A DNA stretch of 64,000 nt, taken from NCBI GenBank assembly GCA_043814965.1, contig JBDRJN010000033.1, forward strand, positions 1,379 to 65,378. The letters are read 5' to 3'. The position numbers and the translations under genes are program-made. How positions within the stretch are numbered: position 1 is the stretch's first letter; every line of letters starts with the position of its first letter. This document shows positions 1-11,153 of the stretch, in pieces. Below the pieces are notes generated by a model. The model did not search any database and was not told the DNA's origin. It saw only the letters and a list, made by a program, of their open reading frames with translations. This DNA is from Candidatus Omnitrophota bacterium (lineage in GTDB: Bacteria; Omnitrophota; Gorgyraeia; Gorgyraeales; Gorgyraeaceae).

Positions 1-2
1 AA

Positions 3-503
3 GGCCTTGATATCTTAGATGAAGAACTCTTTCAATTAAGCGGAGCAGGGTCAGTAGGGCGCCTTCATATAGCGCATCTTTTGGTTAAAAAAGGATATGT
101 AAGCTCTATAACAAGGGCTTTTAGGGATTATATAGGGAATAATGGGCCATGTTATGTGAGTAAATTCAAGATGACTCCCAAAGAAGCTATAGATATGATA
201 AATAAATTTGGCGGGGTAAGCATCCTGGCCCACCCTGGAACAATAAATACTAAAAATAGGACGATTGAAGAGACAATGGAGTTCTTGATCAAAGATGGCA
301 TAAAGGGTATAGAGGTATACCACTCAGATCACAATAAGGCTAAAGAAACTAAATTTATGGATATAGCTAAAAGATATAGTTTGCTTATGGCAGGAGGGTC
401 GGATTGCCATGGCTTGGCAAAAAAAGATGTCTTGATAGGAAGAGTAAAGATCCCATACCATCTCGTAGAAGCAATAAAAGATGCAAGGCCTAAGAGGAAG
501 TAA
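3..503 (+). CDS. PHP-domain phosphoesterase (TrpH/YciV-like), 5'-truncated by window edge
   Basis: Frame is open from position 3 (GLDILDEELF...GRLHIA). Motifs LAHPG, GIEVYHSDH and GGSDCHG. Confidence 0.85.
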   Translation, partial: GLDILDEELFQLSGAGSVGRLHIAHLLVKKGYVSSITRAFRDYIGNNGPCYVSKFKMTPKEAIDMINKFGGVSILAHPGTINTKNRTIEETMEFLIKDGIKGIEVYHSDHNKAKETKFMDIAKRYSLLMAGGSDCHGLAKKDVLIGRVKIPYHLVEAIKDARPKRK

Positions 504-510
504 TCTTTAT

Positions 511-1620
511 ATGAAAAGTCAAATATATTTTATGAAAAGGGCTATAGAACTAGCAAAAAAAGGCATGTTCACTACTAGCCCCAATCCTATGGTAGGGGCT
601 ATTGTAGTAAAGAATGAAAAAGTCATCTCCGAAAGTTATCATAAAAGAGCTGGCAGTCTTCATGCAGAAGCGATGGCTATCAAAAAAGCTGGTAAGCGCG
701 CAAAAGGCGCTACATTGTATGTGACTCTTGAGCCATGCAGTCACATAGGCAGGACCCCGCCCTGTGTAGACAGTATCATTAAAAGCGGGATCAGTAAAGT
801 GATATGCGCTATGAAAGACCCAAATCCTTTAAATAATGGAAAAGGGATAGAGATATTACGCCGTAACAAGATAAAAGTGTCAGTAGGTTTATTAGAAAAA
901 GAAGCAAAAGAACTAAATCATATATTCATTAAATACATAACAGAAAAACTCCCGTTCGTGATATTAAAACTTGCTGAGAGCCTGGATGGCAAAATAGCTA
1001 CAAGAAAATATGATTCTAAATGGATAACGAGTGAATCCTCGAGAGAATATGCGCATAAACTGCGCAGTGAGGCGGATGCTGTTTTAGTAGGAGTAAATAC
1101 TATAATAAAAGATGACCCATTCCTTACATCCAGGAGCGCCAGGTCGCCTATAAAGGTCATACTTGATCCAACGTTAAGGATACCTGATAGGTCAAAGATA
1201 TTTTCTAAGGCCTCTCCGTCGCTCAATATAATAGCAGTGCTTAAAAAGACATTGATGGATAAAAAAAACCTGGAGAAAATAGTGAGATTAAATAAAAAAG
1301 GGGTTATGCTCATAGCCTGCCAAGGTAGAAAAGGCAAAATAGACTTAAAAAGATTTTTACACGAATTAGCTGAACTTGAGGTATCAACCCTATTGGTAGA
1401 GGGCGGAGGAGAGACCATAGCTGGCTTTCTGGAGCAAGGCCTTGTAGATAAGGCGCTGTTTTTTATAGCGCCCAAGATAATCGGCGGTAAAAATGCCATA
1501 GGTAGCGTAGGCGGCATAGGTATAGAAAAGATAAAAGACGCAATAGAGTTAAAGGGTATAAAAGTAGATATTATTGATAAGGATATACTGGTGAGCGGAT
1601 ATGTTTACAGGAATAATTGA
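511..1620 (+). CDS. ribD: Bifunctional riboflavin deaminase/reductase RibD
   Basis: PNPMVGA, HAE, TLEPCSH..PPC, SLDGKIA and VEGG motifs. ATG 511 preferred to 481 because it avoids overlap with the upstream gene. Confidence 0.95.
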   Translation: MKSQIYFMKRAIELAKKGMFTTSPNPMVGAIVVKNEKVISESYHKRAGSLHAEAMAIKKAGKRAKGATLYVTLEPCSHIGRTPPCVDSIIKSGISKVICAMKDPNPLNNGKGIEILRRNKIKVSVGLLEKEAKELNHIFIKYITEKLPFVILKLAESLDGKIATRKYDSKWITSESSREYAHKLRSEADAVLVGVNTIIKDDPFLTSRSARSPIKVILDPTLRIPDRSKIFSKASPSLNIIAVLKKTLMDKKNLEKIVRLNKKGVMLIACQGRKGKIDLKRFLHELAELEVSTLLVEGGGETIAGFLEQGLVDKALFFIAPKIIGGKNAIGSVGGIGIEKIKDAIELKGIKVDIIDKDILVSGYVYRNN

Positions 1621-2227
1621 AGAGATTGGAAGAGTCGAGCTTATTAAAAAAAACGTGTCAGGATCTTCTATATCAATAGAGACAAAGGCTATTTATTCTG
1701 ATGTTAAGATAGGTGATTCTATAGCTATCAATGGAATATGTCTTACAGTGACTAATATAGATAAAAAAGTATTATCTTTTGATGTGATGAAAGAGAGTTT
1801 TGACAGGACTGCATTGGATAGCCTAAAGACAGGAAGTCTTGTAAATCTTGAAAGAAGCCTTAAGCTGGATTCGAGGCTAGGCGGCCACTTTGTATCAGGC
1901 CATGTTGATTATAAGGGTAAGATAATATCGATAATCAAGGATAAGTCAGGCGTAACTTTCAGCATATCTTTACCTCTTGAGTTCTCAAAATTTGTAGCTC
2001 CCAAAGGCTCTATCACTCTAGATGGTATAAGCCTTACAGTAGGAGAAGTCGAGAGGGAGAGGTTTAACGTATATCTTATCCCGCATACTCTCAAGGCCAC
2101 TACATTAGGGATGAAGAAAAATGGGGACTTTCTTAATGTAGAAGTTGATCTTATCTCAAAATACCTCTCAAGGCATACCAAATCTCCCAGCCTGGAAGGC
2201 CTTCTAAAAAAATACGACTATATGTAA
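1601..2227 (+). CDS. ribE: Riboflavin synthase alpha chain
   Basis: N-terminal MFTGIIEE, plus GGHFVSGHVD and NVEVD. Confidence 0.95.
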   Translation: MFTGIIEEIGRVELIKKNVSGSSISIETKAIYSDVKIGDSIAINGICLTVTNIDKKVLSFDVMKESFDRTALDSLKTGSLVNLERSLKLDSRLGGHFVSGHVDYKGKIISIIKDKSGVTFSISLPLEFSKFVAPKGSITLDGISLTVGEVERERFNVYLIPHTLKATTLGMKKNGDFLNVEVDLISKYLSRHTKSPSLEGLLKKYDYM

Positions 2228-2274
2228 TATTTTATATATTTTAGCTTTTAAATATAGGTTAAACCTTATCTAAG

Positions 2275-2300
2275 GTAGGGGAGCTTTAAAGCTCCCCTAC
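2275..2300. repeat. GTAG-type REP-like palindrome, copy 1
   Basis: GTAGGGGAGCTTTAAAGCTCCCCTAC is a perfect 26-bp palindrome, and three more copies occur in the window. Confidence 0.85.
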
Positions 2301-2518
2301 TACTAAAATGCCTAATAAAAGACTAAAATTTCAATTCGCTCACAATATCTCTTATCAACCTTAGGGTATGCTGTCCAAGCATTCAAGATAATACAGGTAT
2401 GTTATATATTTAAGTGCTGTTTTTTGTTACTCTTGACTAGGGAGGCTCATTAAAAAAGGCTTTTCAAGTAGTACTTTATTTGAACATATAGCCTCAGTTT
2501 TGACATTAACTAGTAATA

Positions 2519-2764
2519 ATAGTAGGACGTTCCATATAAGCGAATTTGAAAATTTAGATTATGAGCAGTTTGTCGGTTTTTAAAAGGCTGAAAACTGTAT
2601 GAGGTCGACACCATGCTTGTGTCGACCGAGTTTTTTCAGCCCCGACAAACTGTGATATAAAAGTCGACCCCCGATTAATATTATTATCTATTAATTAATA
2701 TTGCTACATTACAAGCAAAGAGAGGGGGAATTTTCAGTTGAGCTTATAGGGAACGTCCTACTAT
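2519..2764. mobile_element. MITE-like palindromic element with ~23-bp terminal inverted repeats and nested hairpins
   Basis: ATAGTAGGACGTTCCATATAAGC pairs with GCTTATAGGGAACGTCCTACTAT (1 mismatch). Internal CAGTTTGTCGG/CCGACAAACTG and GGTCGACAC/GTGTCGACC stems. Ends resemble the element at 24228-24447. Confidence 0.6.
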
Positions 2765-2867
2765 ACCTCTATAAGCATACAAGATTAAACTTAGGCCTAA
2801 GGCTTCTTTTCCACTTCCCAAACCATATATATTTTAGTATAATACATTAAAGATAGGAGATATATAC

Positions 2868-3920
2868 ATGGCAATACTAATTACCAGTATGATATGGGTG
2901 TCTGTAGTCCTTGCGGTGGCTTTGGTCTTTTCAAGAAAGATCAAGGATAAATTAGTAAAAGACAACGAGGATAAGATCAATGTGCTTCGCTCAGAATGGA
3001 GTGATACTCTTTCTAGGAATACACAATTGATCCTGGACCAGATGAATGAGGCCAGGAAGCTTTCTCAAGATGTAAATAGCTCTATAAATAACAGGCTGGA
3101 TAATGCTACAAAGACTTTTGGCGATGTACAGAAGAGCCTTGGTTATCTCGGAGAGAGGGCCAAGGAGATATATGAGATAGGAAAGGATATATCCAGCTTA
3201 CAGGAGATCCTGAGGGCTCCAAAGATGAGAGGCGGGCTGGGGGAGCTCTTTTTGGAGAACCTATTAGGAGAGATATTGCCTCATAAAGACCTTTATGAGC
3301 TTCAGTATAATTTTAAAAGCGGGGAAAGGGTGGATGCGGTCATAAAGATAGGCAATAAGCTAGTAAGCGTTGATTCAAAGTTCCCTCTTGAGAGTTTCAG
3401 GAGGTTTATTGATGCAAAGGAAGAAGAGGATAAAAAGCGTTTTAAAAGGGAATTTGTAAAAGCAGTAAAGGACCATATAGATTCGATAGCTGCTAAATAT
3501 ATCCTTCCGGATGAAAATACCTATGATTTTGCATTGATGTATATACCTGCTGAAAATGTCTATTATGAGGCTATCATCAAAGATGATAATTTTGCAGATG
3601 GAAATTCTATTTTCTCGCAGGCTATATCCAAGAAAGTGATACCAGTCTCACCAAATAGTTTTTACGCGTATCTACAGGTCATAATCCTGGGTATCAGGGG
3701 CCTTCGCATAGAAAAAGATACTCAAGCTGTCATAAAGATGCTGGGGGCCTTAAAAGTGAACTTCTATAAATTCAGAGAGGAATTTAGTATACTAGGTTCG
3801 CATATAGAGAAGATAAAGTCCAGCTATGATAGGAGCGATAAGAGGCTGGATAGATTCGAGAACAAGCTATCCTCCATAGATTCTTTTGATAAAAAGAAAG
3901 AACCAAAAGAAATAGAATGA
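2868..3920 (+). CDS. rmuC: DNA recombination protein RmuC
   Basis: N-terminal TM segment and coiled coil, RGGLGE, VDSKFP, YIPAENVY, VSPNSFYAYL. Confidence 0.9.
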   Translation: MAILITSMIWVSVVLAVALVFSRKIKDKLVKDNEDKINVLRSEWSDTLSRNTQLILDQMNEARKLSQDVNSSINNRLDNATKTFGDVQKSLGYLGERAKEIYEIGKDISSLQEILRAPKMRGGLGELFLENLLGEILPHKDLYELQYNFKSGERVDAVIKIGNKLVSVDSKFPLESFRRFIDAKEEEDKKRFKREFVKAVKDHIDSIAAKYILPDENTYDFALMYIPAENVYYEAIIKDDNFADGNSIFSQAISKKVIPVSPNSFYAYLQVIILGIRGLRIEKDTQAVIKMLGALKVNFYKFREEFSILGSHIEKIKSSYDRSDKRLDRFENKLSSIDSFDKKKEPKEIE

Positions 3921-3923
3921 TCC

Positions 3924-3971
3924 CGGAGAGCGGCTCAGTTTGGCTAGAGCGTCCGCCTTTAGGCGGAAGGC
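3924..3971 (+). pseudogene. 5' half copy of tRNA-Pro with the anticodon arm replaced by a TCCGCC-TTTA-GGCGGA hairpin
   Basis: CGGAGAGCGGCTCAGTTTGGCTAGAGCG is 25/28 identical to the tRNA-Pro 5' end. It is followed by the hairpin and then AGGC, as in the tRNA. Confidence 0.85.
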
Positions 3972-3979
3972 TCTGAGTT

Positions 3980-4231
3980 ATGTTTTATACTTATGTATTG
4001 AGAAGCAGAAAAAATAATAAGATATATAAAGGGCATACCAAAGATTTACAGAATAGATTGTCACAGCATAATACTGAGAATAGTAAAAAGAAATTTAGTT
4101 GTATAAATGGACCCTGGGAATTGATGTTTTTTGAAACTTTTAATACGAGGTCTGAAGCAATGAGGTATGAAAAGTTTTTAAAAACAGGCAAAGGCCGTGA
4201 ACATATAAGGGAAAAGATAGCTGAATTATAA
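3980..4231 (+). CDS. Small stand-alone GIY-YIG nuclease (UPF0213/SLX1-like)
   Basis: YTYVL..IYKGHT..RL..HN...GPWEL...EA.RYEK.LK pattern, with catalytic Arg and Glu positions present; 83 aa. Confidence 0.9.
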   Translation: MFYTYVLRSRKNNKIYKGHTKDLQNRLSQHNTENSKKKFSCINGPWELMFFETFNTRSEAMRYEKFLKTGKGREHIREKIAEL

Positions 4232-4233
4232 GG

Positions 4234-4311
4234 CGGGGAGTAGCTCAGTTTGGCTAGAGCGCTGCGTTCGGGACGCAGAGGCCGCTGGTTCAAGTCCAGT
4301 CTCCCCGACCA
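4234..4311 (+). tRNA. tRNA-Pro(CGG)
   Basis: Cloverleaf: CGGGGAG/CTCCCCG acceptor stem, CTGCG-TTCGGGA-CGCAG anticodon arm, GTTCAAGTC T-loop, encoded CCA. Confidence 0.97.
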
Positions 4312-4323
4312 TAAGAATAGTTG

Positions 4324-4401
4324 TGGGGAGTGGACTTGTATTTTGTTAGAGCGTCCGCCTTGGGCGGAAGGCCGCTGGTTCAAGTCCAGTCTCCCCGACC
4401 A
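4324..4401 (+). pseudogene. Second tRNA-Pro-like copy: degenerate D-arm, anticodon arm replaced by TCCGCC-TTG-GGCGGA, intact 3' 33 nt
   Basis: 4369-4401 is identical to 4279-4311. GGGGAGT and TAGAGCG of the 5' half are retained. Confidence 0.88.
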
Positions 4402-4436
4402 TGTCAGATTTAAACTTTATTTAAGGAGATAATATT

Positions 4437-4661
4437 ATGTTAAGATCTTTAATGTGTATTGCAAAAATATTTATCATTATATGTATATTTTATATTGTAT
4501 TTCCTAAAGCAAGTTATGCGTATATTGATCCAGGTTCGGGTAGTTTTGTGATCCAGTTAGTCATAGGGGCGCTATGTGGCTTGTCTTTTTTGGTCAAAGT
4601 CTACTGGAGAAAGATCATAAGTTTCTTTAGTAATATTTTTTCAAGGGACAAAAAAAAGTAA
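4437..4661 (+). CDS. Small membrane protein with AYIDPGSGS motif
   Basis: AAGGAG RBS. Signal-like N-terminus ending ASYA, then YIDPGSGS, a TM helix and a basic tail. Confidence 0.8.
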   Translation: MLRSLMCIAKIFIIICIFYIVFPKASYAYIDPGSGSFVIQLVIGALCGLSFLVKVYWRKIISFFSNIFSRDKKK

Positions 4662-4665
4662 AAAT

Positions 4666-6051
4666 ATGAATATTAAGAATATCCCATGTTCTTTTCGAGA
4701 TCCAAGCGGTTTTTTATTTTTAGAAGACAATATTCTTTATAGACAGGTCAATGGTTCATATAAAGAAGATTATGACTACTTGATGTCATCGGGTCTCTAT
4801 AAGGCTCTTACAGATGCTGGATTATTAATACCTCATGAAGAAGCTGATAGGAAGCATATAGGATCTGATAAAGCTTATAAAGTAATAAGGCCAGAAAAAA
4901 TACCTTTTATATCATATCCTTATGAATGGTGTTTTAGCCAATTAAAAGAAGCTGCTCTAGCTACGCTCAAGATACAAAAGATAAGCCTTCAGTTCGGTAT
5001 GTCTTTAAAGGATTGCAGTGCTTATAACATGCAATTTATAGAGAATAAACCTGTTCTTATCGATACACTTTCTTTTGAGAAATACCGCGACAAAGAGCCT
5101 TGGGCTCCCTATAGGCAGTTCTGCCAGCATTTTCTTGCTCCTTTGGCTCTAATGAGTTATAAAGATGTCAGGCTAAATCAGTTGTTACGGATCTATATAG
5201 ATGGAGTCCCTTTGGACCTAGCAAGTTCGCTGCTTCCATTCTATACTTTTTTAAACTTCCCTATATTGTCCCATATACACCTACACTCAAAGAGTCAAAA
5301 ATATTTTTCTGATAAAACAATAAAGATGAAACAATATAGCATGAGCCGCTTATCTCTTTTGGGGCTTATTGATAGTTTGGAATCAATAGTTGGCAAGCTC
5401 AGATGGCAGGTCAAACAAAGCGAATGGATCGACTATTATGAGGATACTAATTATTCCTTAGAAGCCTTGGAGCAAAAAAAAGAGATCGTGTCTGCATTTT
5501 TAGATGAAGTCAAACCGGGTGTTGTTTGGGATCTGGGCGGGAATATAGGGTTATTCAGCAGGATCGCTGGCAATAAAGGGATATATAGCATTTCTTTTGA
5601 TATGGATCCATGCGTTATCGAAAAGAGCTATAAAGAGTGCCTTAAGAATAGAGAAAAAAATATACTTCCATTGATAATAGACCTGACTAATCCCAGCCCT
5701 AGCATTGGATGGGAGAACAAAGAAAGGATGTCTCTTATAGAGCGCGGTCCTGTAGATTTGGCTCTAGCCTTAGCTTTAGTGCATCATCTTGCCATAGGCA
5801 ACAACCTCCCATTTAGTAAAATTGCAGAATTTTTCAGCAATATCTGTAAGGCCCTTATTATAGAATTCATACCAAAAAGCGATTCACAGGTTCAAAGGCT
5901 CTTATCAAGCAGAGAGGATATCTTTTTAGATTACACAAAAGAGCATTTTGAAGGAGAGTTCAGGAAGTATTTTGATATAGAAAATTCAGTAAAGATCAAA
6001 AGTTCTGAGAGAGTCTTATATCTGATGACAAAATTAGGCCCTAAAACATGA
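4666..6051 (+). CDS. NoeA-like protein: kinase-like N-terminal domain plus class I SAM-dependent methyltransferase
   Basis: SFRDPSGF, ISYPYEW, LKDCSAYN, IDTLSF; C-terminal VWDLGGNIG motif I and LALALVHHL. Confidence 0.75.
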   Translation: MNIKNIPCSFRDPSGFLFLEDNILYRQVNGSYKEDYDYLMSSGLYKALTDAGLLIPHEEADRKHIGSDKAYKVIRPEKIPFISYPYEWCFSQLKEAALATLKIQKISLQFGMSLKDCSAYNMQFIENKPVLIDTLSFEKYRDKEPWAPYRQFCQHFLAPLALMSYKDVRLNQLLRIYIDGVPLDLASSLLPFYTFLNFPILSHIHLHSKSQKYFSDKTIKMKQYSMSRLSLLGLIDSLESIVGKLRWQVKQSEWIDYYEDTNYSLEALEQKKEIVSAFLDEVKPGVVWDLGGNIGLFSRIAGNKGIYSISFDMDPCVIEKSYKECLKNREKNILPLIIDLTNPSPSIGWENKERMSLIERGPVDLALALALVHHLAIGNNLPFSKIAEFFSNICKALIIEFIPKSDSQVQRLLSSREDIFLDYTKEHFEGEFRKYFDIENSVKIKSSERVLYLMTKLGPKT

Positions 6052-7589
6052 AGAAACCTATTGTAATCCACCCATTTTTATTTACCGCGTTTCCGATCCT
6101 ATTTCTTTTTTATTATAATGTAGGAGAACTTGTTTTTTTTGATATCCTGGTCCCTCTAATCGTGTTACTGTTTTTTACATTTTTGTTGATACTGGTAATC
6201 CAGATATTTATTAGGGATAATTTAAAAACAGGTATTATAGTATCTATCTTTCTAACCTTATTTTTTTCTTATGGACATATATATGATATTTTAAATAAAT
6301 TTTTTCTAACCAGGCATAGATATATAATGCCGACATGGTGTATTGTTTTTAGCTATCTCTTATATATTGTTTTTAAGACAAAGAAAAAATTATTTAATAT
6401 TACAAAAGCGTTAAATATAGCATCTTTATCTTTAATTATAATTTTTCTTATAAATATTAGTATATATGAGATCAAATCAGCTTGCAGCATGAATGCTGAT
6501 ATAAAGTTAAAAGACATGAACTCAGGGAATGGGACATCTAGCAATATAAACGACTATAGAGATATTTATTATATTATTTTAGATGCGTATGCGAGTCAGG
6601 ATACCTTAAAAGAGGTCTATAATTACGATAATCAGGAGTTTATAGACTACCTGGTTAGTAAGGGTTTTTATGTAGCGACCAAGAGCTGTAGTAATTACCC
6701 ATTTACCTATTATTCGTTAGCCTCTTTTCTAAATATGTCTTATCTCGATGATTTAGCTTATCTATCCGGAAAATGGCCAAATGATTACAGGATTTTTTAT
6801 AATCTTATACAAGATAATAAAATAGTAAGATTTCTTAAGTCAAAAAAGTATAAATTTATATGTTTTCAATCAGGCGAAGGGGCTACGGATTATTATAAAA
6901 ATGCTGATTTAAATATAAGGAAAAATACATGGTGCGGCATAAAGAGGCCGGATTTTGTTATGATCTTGGCTAAAACCACAGCGATAGGGTATTTTATTAG
7001 GCCTTTAATGGCGGATTTTGCCAGAGAATTAAGGCTTTTTGTTCTTACTGAACTTGGAGAAATATATAAGATAAAAGGCCCAAAATTTATCTTTGCCCAC
7101 ATAATCTGCCCTCATTCTCCTTATGTATTTGGCGCGGATGGGCGATCTGTTTCAATATTAGAGCCAGAGATCACTATTAAAGATGTGGAGGAAGACAGAA
7201 AAGCGTATATAAACCAGCTAATATTCCTTAATAAAAAAGTTGAAAAACTTATTGAAGATATATTATCTAGATCAGAGACTCCCCCGGTCATTATACTGCA
7301 GGGAGACCATGGGACTAGATCAACGTTTCGTTCGTTAAAAAGATTAGATATGGATAATCTTACAGAGAAAAATCTTAAAGAAAGGATGCGTATACTTAAC
7401 GCATATTATTTACCGGGAGGTGGTAAGGATCTTTTGTATCCTTCTATAACGCCGGTCAATACCTTCAGGATAATATTTAATTTTTATTTTAGTTCAAGTT
7501 TTAAATTATTGGAAGACAGGAGTTATTTCTCTATTTATAAAGGCAGTTTTTATAAATTTATTGATGTGACTGATAAAGTTAAATATTAA
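6048..7589 (+). CDS. Membrane-anchored sulfatase-like / LTA-synthase-like (alkaline phosphatase superfamily) protein
   Basis: About 5 N-terminal TM segments, then IYYIILDAY, YPFTYYS, PHSPY and QGDHG. Confidence 0.75.
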   Translation: MKKPIVIHPFLFTAFPILFLFYYNVGELVFFDILVPLIVLLFFTFLLILVIQIFIRDNLKTGIIVSIFLTLFFSYGHIYDILNKFFLTRHRYIMPTWCIVFSYLLYIVFKTKKKLFNITKALNIASLSLIIIFLINISIYEIKSACSMNADIKLKDMNSGNGTSSNINDYRDIYYIILDAYASQDTLKEVYNYDNQEFIDYLVSKGFYVATKSCSNYPFTYYSLASFLNMSYLDDLAYLSGKWPNDYRIFYNLIQDNKIVRFLKSKKYKFICFQSGEGATDYYKNADLNIRKNTWCGIKRPDFVMILAKTTAIGYFIRPLMADFARELRLFVLTELGEIYKIKGPKFIFAHIICPHSPYVFGADGRSVSILEPEITIKDVEEDRKAYINQLIFLNKKVEKLIEDILSRSETPPVIILQGDHGTRSTFRSLKRLDMDNLTEKNLKERMRILNAYYLPGGGKDLLYPSITPVNTFRIIFNFYFSSSFKLLEDRSYFSIYKGSFYKFIDVTDKVKY

Positions 7590-7618
7590 GTTAATAGAAA
7601 CAACTGAAAGGAGAGACA

Positions 7619-8098
7619 ATGTCAAATCTATTCAATGTAGCAGAGGTGATCGATATGGGTATTGAAAAGGAAAAGCGCAGGAGAGATTTTTATGCGCTGG
7701 TAGCCGAGAGGTTTACCAATAAGGACTTAAAAGAACTCTTTACAAAGCTAAAGAACTGGGAAGAAGGCCATATCAAAAAATTCAGCGGCATCAAAAAGAA
7801 CGTAGAAGAGATCGAGGCAACAGATAAATATCCAGGAGAGCTCAATGATTATATAAATGCTATGATAGACGATACATTATATGATCAGGTGCTTCCTGAT
7901 AAATTTGCAAAGGCTGTCGATACTCCCTTAAAGGCGATAGATTATGGTATAGGGTTTGAAAAAGATGCGATACTTTTCTTTACAGAGCTTTTAAGGTTCA
8001 CAGTCTCATCCTCATACAAGATAGAGATATCTAAGCTTATAGATGAAGAAAAAGAGCATATCATATATCTAACAACCCTAAAAAGAAAAATAAAGTAA
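7619..8098 (+). CDS. Ferritin-like / rubrerythrin family protein
   Basis: E..FY, EEGH and EEKEH di-iron motifs. Confidence 0.85.
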   Translation: MSNLFNVAEVIDMGIEKEKRRRDFYALVAERFTNKDLKELFTKLKNWEEGHIKKFSGIKKNVEEIEATDKYPGELNDYINAMIDDTLYDQVLPDKFAKAVDTPLKAIDYGIGFEKDAILFFTELLRFTVSSSYKIEISKLIDEEKEHIIYLTTLKRKIK

Positions 8099-8103
8099 CT
8101 TTT

Positions 8104-8382
8104 ATGGGAGAGAAAAGGATACACGTCTTTTATACTGGCAGGGTGCAGGGTGTAGGGTTCAGGTATACTGTGCAGGATATAGCTGGTAAGCTGGGATTAA
8201 AAGGATGGGTAAAAAATCTTTTTGATGGCAGTGTCGAGGTGTTATGCGAAGGCGAAGAAAAAAAGATAGCTGCGCTCTTGGATAACATAAAAGAGGGCTT
8301 TTTAGGGCGCTATATCAAAGATGTTCAGCTAAGCTGGGAAGACGCAGATGGAGACCTGGATGAGTTTGAAATAAGGCCTTGA
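8104..8382 (+). CDS. acyP: Acylphosphatase
   Basis: GRVQGVGFR and GWVKN..DGSVE. Confidence 0.95.
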   Translation: MGEKRIHVFYTGRVQGVGFRYTVQDIAGKLGLKGWVKNLFDGSVEVLCEGEEKKIAALLDNIKEGFLGRYIKDVQLSWEDADGDLDEFEIRP

Positions 8383-8391
8383 TATTTTATT

Positions 8392-11138
<2,747 letters not shown>

Positions 11139-11153
11139 AAAAAGAGGGGTATT

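Noticed and set aside
2228-2867. FMN riboswitch near ribD/ribE
   Set aside because: The region is downstream of the rib genes and lacks recognisable RFN motifs; its structure is explained by repeats.
3924-4401. CRISPR array or intron-split tRNA interpretation of the tRNA-Pro repeats
   Set aside because: The repeats are tRNA-derived, irregularly spaced and have no cas genes nearby. An intact tRNA is present and no group I intron core is recognisable.
3991-4432. ORFs 3991-4383 (-) and 4250-4432 (+) with repeated peptides
   Set aside because: They are translations of tRNA-Pro and its duplicate; the peptide repeats reflect the DNA duplication.
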